Shown here: positions 23,247 through 28,871 of the stretch, one piece after another
How the letters are laid out: each line of letters opens with the position of its first letter
Numbering within the stretch: position 1 is the stretch's first letter
Assembly (NCBI RefSeq): GCF_000150275.1
Contig: NW_002060983.1
Coordinates: 24,672-53,542, forward strand
Direction of reading: 5' to 3'
Source of the DNA: Trichoplax adhaerens
Taxonomy: Eukaryota > Animalia > Placozoa
Length of the DNA stretch: 28,871 nucleotides
The notes under the pieces: model-generated
Told to the model about the DNA's origin: nothing
Database searches by the model: none
The model's input: the letters and a program-made list of their open reading frames with translations, nothing else
Program-made: the position numbers and the translations under genes

Positions 23247-23652
23247 GTATATATATAGACAAAATTCAATTCAGAGGTTACAACATACATTATATATATT
23301 GCAACATGCGTATGAGGGCCAAGTAAAATAAAGTTTCCTTTAAAATGGTAGTGCTAATTTAAATAGTCCGATCAGTCATAATGGCAAGATATCATTTTCT
23401 CCCCAATCGATTATTCGATAACTGTTCGCATCTCTCAATTCAATATTAACTAGAACATGTTCAGTTTATTGTAAGCAAGTATTTATACATTTGTTACGAT
23501 CCTAATCCTAGCGATCGATAACTGAAATAATTTTTTTGATTTAAAAACTGCAATCTTCGAAAGATGTACTTGCGATGACAATGATAGCAAAATAGATTTC
23601 GGACTGTCATCATCGATTAACCAAGTAGTGGCGTAAAATAATAAAAACCATG

Positions 23653-24200
23653 TGTCACAAAACAGCTTTCGTGATCGGGCCTAGTCTATTCTATCTACTC
23701 TATCCGATCACCGACTAACTTCAGGCAATCCTCTATAAGGAAAACTAACTTATTCCAATAGTAAAGAGACTGAGTCAAACGATAGATCTAGGTTAATAAC
23801 TTTATTAACTTCTAGCTACACTAAGGCCTTCTCCTTTACACTAGTCTCAGGAGAACTTAAATACCCTTTCTTATTTACAGTCACTATACTTGTCGCCAAT
23901 AATATTAGTTACTCCAGTTAGCAAGTCTAATTATCACACACAACAACAGAGAACAATATTTATGTCCTATTTGTTAGACCATAATAATACACGATTAATA
24001 ATCAGTAGCAATAATAATATTAAGCGACCAACAATTATTGATTGCTAACTGCTTTAATACTGCGTATAGCAATTCCACACTAATAATACTTACTTCAATT
24101 ACATGACAGCTATTTTCTACTACTAGGTGCTAGTCAGCATGGTCATACACGATTGTAAACAATTATTAATCGTAAACACGGAGCTACTAGCTCCGTAACA
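23653..24200 (-). mobile_element. Family D copy D2 with mismatched flanks (CCATG left, CACAG right)
   Basis: Two substitutions from D1; same right flank, unrelated left flank. Confidence 0.9.
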
Positions 24201-25207
24201 CACAGTTACCTATTGATAGTAATTTTTTCTGATATTCATATTCAGTCATGAAGGTATTTATCAATAGCAAAGCTAATATATTGTGAAATCTTAGGTGCTT
24301 TATATTTTAACGTTCTTATGCACCATCGCATTAGGCTTATATTGTATGATGTATAATGTATATTGTGACTGTAACGTAAAATCCTGCAAAATCAAAATCA
24401 AAATTAGTAACTGACTCAGCGATTTTATTATACGCCTATAAATAAAATTTCTGCTGAAATTTATAACTATTAGGATATCATAAAAAATATTAACGATTCT
24501 AATGTCGAACGAAATTTTGTATAAAAATACTGCAATCTGATAAAACGATTATATTATCGAATAATTAGTTCATAAGCTGTTGACATTTTTAATCTTTCAG
24601 TGTTTAGAAATTTAATCAGCGTAAGATATATCATGACCACCTTATTAATTTCTTAAGCATCGAAATCCATAAAGTAGTCGAGGAATGGAAGTAGCAAATA
24701 ATAAAGAACAAATTCAACAGACTCCATCTTACTGACTCGTTGCTAAATTAGAAAGCTTGCATGTGTTAAATCGCGATTTCTATAGCCTGTATTAATTGAA
24801 AGGTCAAAAGCTGAAAATTTATAAATATTAAGACACATTTGGATTTTATTAATTGATGGAAGAAAATATGCTATATTGTATACTGGAAGGTAGGCTGCAT
24901 TAGCAGAAATATTTATTCAGCTGAGTGTAACAAAAATCAATTAAATTTTTTATTTTCTCTTTACAACTTATAGTAGAATTGAAGTATAGATCATAAAAAT
25001 GGAATAATCGAGCATTATTGCCTACCTATGATACTTTATGATTTTCAATTATCAACAAATAGTTAGCTAAATTCAATTATAACTGTTATTGTAGCCCGCA
25101 TTTAATTAATCATTACCTAAAGTATTGCTAACAGTGAAAGATATGAGCATTGATTAAGTTGTTTCAAGATTTAGGACGATCAATAAATCACAAGTTTTCA
25201 TCCACAT
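23653..25207 (+). repeat. ~1.55-kb near-identical direct duplication, copy 2
   Basis: Matches 21643-23195. Confidence 0.95.
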
Positions 25208-26759
25208 TCTTTAATCAATAAGTAGGAATTAAAAGTCTGACTGGTAAATTTGCGTAAATAATAATTTTCTTCCATTTTTTATATTAATTGAATTTATTGT
25301 ATAAAGCTTTTAGTTGACGTACCTGCTAAAGTGCTGCTACTGCAAAATTGAAAAAGTAAGCACTGTTGTTTATCGAAAATTAGAATGACCATTAGTAATA
25401 ATTAATTTTTATGATCTGGTATTGGAGTTCTTGTGAATATATAGAATTTACGTTTGTGTATTAATTCTCTTCTCATTGCTCGTTTTTCGACATTTAAACA
25501 AGTAAGAAAGATAACCAACGGCATGGTCATTATTCTTCAAGATTTTGATTCACTTTGCCAATTGATAAATTCCGTCTGAAATAATATGGTCTAAACTGAT
25601 CATGAGATGTTCAACTGGCCAATTCCGTAAAATTTGAAGCTTAAAAATTTATGACGACAGCAAATCTTTATAACCTATTGCACCGTTAAGATTTATGGAT
25701 TGACAGCATTTTCCATTACTGCTAATAATAAAGAATAGAGTTAAACTCATGCCTTGCTTTTAGTGAAATTTACAATGTAAAAGGAAGCATTTCGGATACT
25801 TCACGAAATATTAAATTGATAAAGTCGTTGATGTCATAGCCTCAAAAATTTTTATTTAAAGGAATAAATTAAGTAATATGAATGACTAAAGAAATATTCG
25901 GATGCTTTTCCGCTACAGATAAATGTAACTAGAATATTTTCACTGGACTAATTGAAAGAATTTGTTCGCAGATCATTTAATGATCAGTAATCAAATGCAA
26001 ATAAATTTCTGCTGTATCCTCAGATTTTGCATTATATTACCAATAGTGTTGGTACTTAATGAAATACTAAAGGGAAAAGAATTTTAATTTATTTTCGTAT
26101 TAAATATTATAAAGGTGGTCTTAAAAACTTGGTTTAAACGTTAGATTTAAAAAGAATCTGAATAACTAAACAAATATAATGTCCAAAATACCACTAATAC
26201 ATTATTCGTTATGAAGTAATTTACCAAATAAGTACACCATATTAGAAGTTGTAAAGTGATAAATTCATATTGATGGTGTGTTGGATAGCTTATAGAATAA
26301 ATTTTTCTTTGTATTGATTACGCGAAGCTCTTTACCTATATTATTCCTTCCTCTATGTTTGCTATAATGATCTATAGTTTTCAAACCTAATGGCAAAATT
26401 ACAAACTTCCAGTAATTTTTCCCAGAAAGATTAAAGATACTTACATAAACAGGAACTGACATCAATTATTAATTGATAGCTAAATATGGCTAAAAAACAA
26501 TAAAGTAATTAATGTTACTTAACAAATCTTAACGTTTCGGTTCACTTGCATGAAGAATTCTTTTAGTATCGGGATTGGCTAGTACTTATCATTTGACAAA
26601 GGTCAGCTACGTACCAAATTTACTTATAGATATTTACATAAATATACGTGCGCTAGGATATTAGATATCAGTGTTTGATATTTTTTTCGCAAAAAGTCTA
26701 AATAAATTGAGGATCAATTTCAGCTCATAAGTACTACGTATGCTACAGGAAAAGTAATA

Positions 26760-27809
26760 ATGGCAGAATACAACGTTCACCTTGATATCGTATTGAATAA
26801 TGCATCGAATAAATCTGCTTGGAAAATTAGCCCAGAAAATCTTTCTTACCGCAACTTAATGCTTTTTATGCCTCTTGCTCTGATGCCTCTTTGGCTTATT
26901 GGCTTGGTAGGAAATATATCCTTAATCATGATAATCTATCGACACCGAAAATTTCATACTCCATCTTACATATTATCAGCAAATATGGCGATATCTGACG
27001 CTAAATTCTTAAGTTTTGTATCATTTCACATATTTTTAACCATTGCATTCAATTATGGCAGTACATCGAATCGTAAAATGTACAAATTATTTTGCAAAAT
27101 AAATTATTTTTCGTTTGCTTGGTTAATTATAACATCATCACAATCCTTAATGGCCATCAGCATTGACCGTTATTTTACAGTAAAGAAAAGAAGTCATTCT
27201 CGCTCTCCTTTTTATAAACCCATGACTCTGAAGATAACAATATTACTAACGTGGCTAATCGGTATAGTATTAGCGCCCTCATTCTCTCTGACCGTAAATG
27301 TAAATTATCGTTATCCTTTCTTGTGCGATTTGCAAAGACGGACACCAACAGATCATAACATAGTTGTTTATCGTATTATAACCTGTATTATAGCTTATCC
27401 TTCTCCATTATTGATTGCGACATGTTTATATTACAAAGTAAGTAAGACAGTTCGGACAGCTAGTATTACTTGTAGCTTATCTAAACTTGCATATAAAAAT
27501 AAGGACAGTCGCTGTTGGCAAATTCATGCGACCAAAATGATGATCATATCGACAATCATGCATCTGATTAATGCATTACCATTTTTCTTGATAATTATAA
27601 GTCTTATAATAGCTGAAGTTCCTTATCTAGATTTTCTGTTAACAGATAAGTCATACATTGTTATTATTCTAAGTTGTGGATTTGGAATGAGTGCGTTGAA
27701 TTTCGTTCAAAATCCGATTCTATTTTGCCTTTATAACAACCGTATTAGACTTGCAATGAGGTTATTGTGGCAAAAAAAGACTAATCGTGTACTTATTTTT
27801 AATAAATAA
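26760..27809 (+). CDS. Intronless class A (rhodopsin-like) GPCR, 349 aa, apparently intact
   Basis: ATG start; N-terminal sequons NAS, NKS, NLS; GLVGN (TM1), NMAISD (TM2), FCK...SIDRY (TM3), TM4 Trp, ECL2 Cys, YPSPL...Y (TM5), NALPF (TM6), QNPILF (TM7). Confidence 0.95.
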   Translation: MAEYNVHLDIVLNNASNKSAWKISPENLSYRNLMLFMPLALMPLWLIGLVGNISLIMIIYRHRKFHTPSYILSANMAISDAKFLSFVSFHIFLTIAFNYGSTSNRKMYKLFCKINYFSFAWLIITSSQSLMAISIDRYFTVKKRSHSRSPFYKPMTLKITILLTWLIGIVLAPSFSLTVNVNYRYPFLCDLQRRTPTDHNIVVYRIITCIIAYPSPLLIATCLYYKVSKTVRTASITCSLSKLAYKNKDSRCWQIHATKMMIISTIMHLINALPFFLIIISLIIAEVPYLDFLLTDKSYIVIILSCGFGMSALNFVQNPILFCLYNNRIRLAMRLLWQKKTNRVLIFNK

Positions 27810-28871
27810 GGAAGAGTAAACATTCCGAATCCTTTTTATAGTACACACTTTTTGCTACATTTTTATCCAGTCTCCTACAAGCAATAATTTATGCGATCAT
27901 TTAATATATAAAATAGAGCACTTCGATGGTAAATTGATTTTAATACCCTAATATTTTTCTAAAAATTGCTAATTAAATATCTAATTATTATTCTCAAGTT
28001 TAAATCTGGATGTAATACATTATTCTAAGATTTCGTTAACAAATTGAATGTTTTATTACTACAGTTCATAACTATTATTATCGCGAATAAGCTAAACAAG
28101 ATTTTAAATTTTGAGGATTTCATTCAAATAAATAAGGCCTTAGTAAATTGTATTATTCAAACAACTTAATTGGAAAATTATGGCTTCCCTTCGGAAAGGG
28201 TTTCGCTAATAGCATGAATGTAGTTATTTTGATGTTACATATTATTTCATAGTATCCACTGATTCCAAGCATATGCCTAATTTAGGTCAAATATTGAGAA
28301 TGTGAAAGACGAAAACATTTAAAAAGCACACGTAACTGAGTTTATGTCCTATTAATAAACAATTTATTAAAGCTGATACTTGTATATTCAGATTTTACCT
28401 TGTCGCGATAACTTTGATCATTTATCCATTTTTGCCTATGACGGCATATAGCAACTTATTCACAAGTCGTAAAAATTTTGCTATTACATGTTAATTGTTA
28501 GGTATCTTTTAAATTGTTATGTTAAATGATTGGTAGGGTCTTAAAACGTTTATTGAGCTTCTAATTGTCAAATTAGGTACTAAGTAAAGAACATCTTCAG
28601 TATTTCACTAAGCAACTTCTAATTTTCATGAATGTCATACATAATTATTATTAAATACAAATATTGTTACCGTAAACTACTCCAATAGACGAGCTAATTT
28701 TAGAGTACTAATAAATTATTATTCGATATTTGCACCTAGTGCAAGTATATGAAATCTTAATTCCTAAGTTATGTAATAAATTTAGACTTTGTTTTTTCTA
28801 TTTAATTGCAAGAAAACCTTTAACAGTTTTGAAGTTAAATTACTTATTTTAAAGCCATAAATTAGTATGCC

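Noticed and set aside
26760-27809. A specific ligand or gene symbol for either GPCR
   Set aside because: The motifs support class A membership only; orthology cannot be assigned without a phylogeny.

Overview
AT-rich eukaryotic (animal) draft-assembly sequence with two 50-N gaps. The intronless rhodopsin-class GPCRs and the base composition suggest a placozoan such as Trichoplax, but that is an inference. The window holds a GPCR cluster in birth-and-death evolution: one intact + strand gene (26760-27809), one - strand gene whose ancestral N-terminus is cut off by a frameshift (6440-7445), and three - strand pseudogenes of that subfamily. The rest is densely covered by about 14 short (0.3-0.6 kb) TGT...ACA elements from several families that look like solo LTRs. 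Most complete copies have 5-bp target-site duplications (TSDs), several have an internal TATA box and AATAAA, and nearly all carry sub-terminal hairpins that differ in sequence between families. No gag/pol ORF is present. Nested insertions, an empty-site paralog and two recent duplications next to the gaps allow the insertion history to be reconstructed. Family labels A-H are my own, and identities were estimated by eye.
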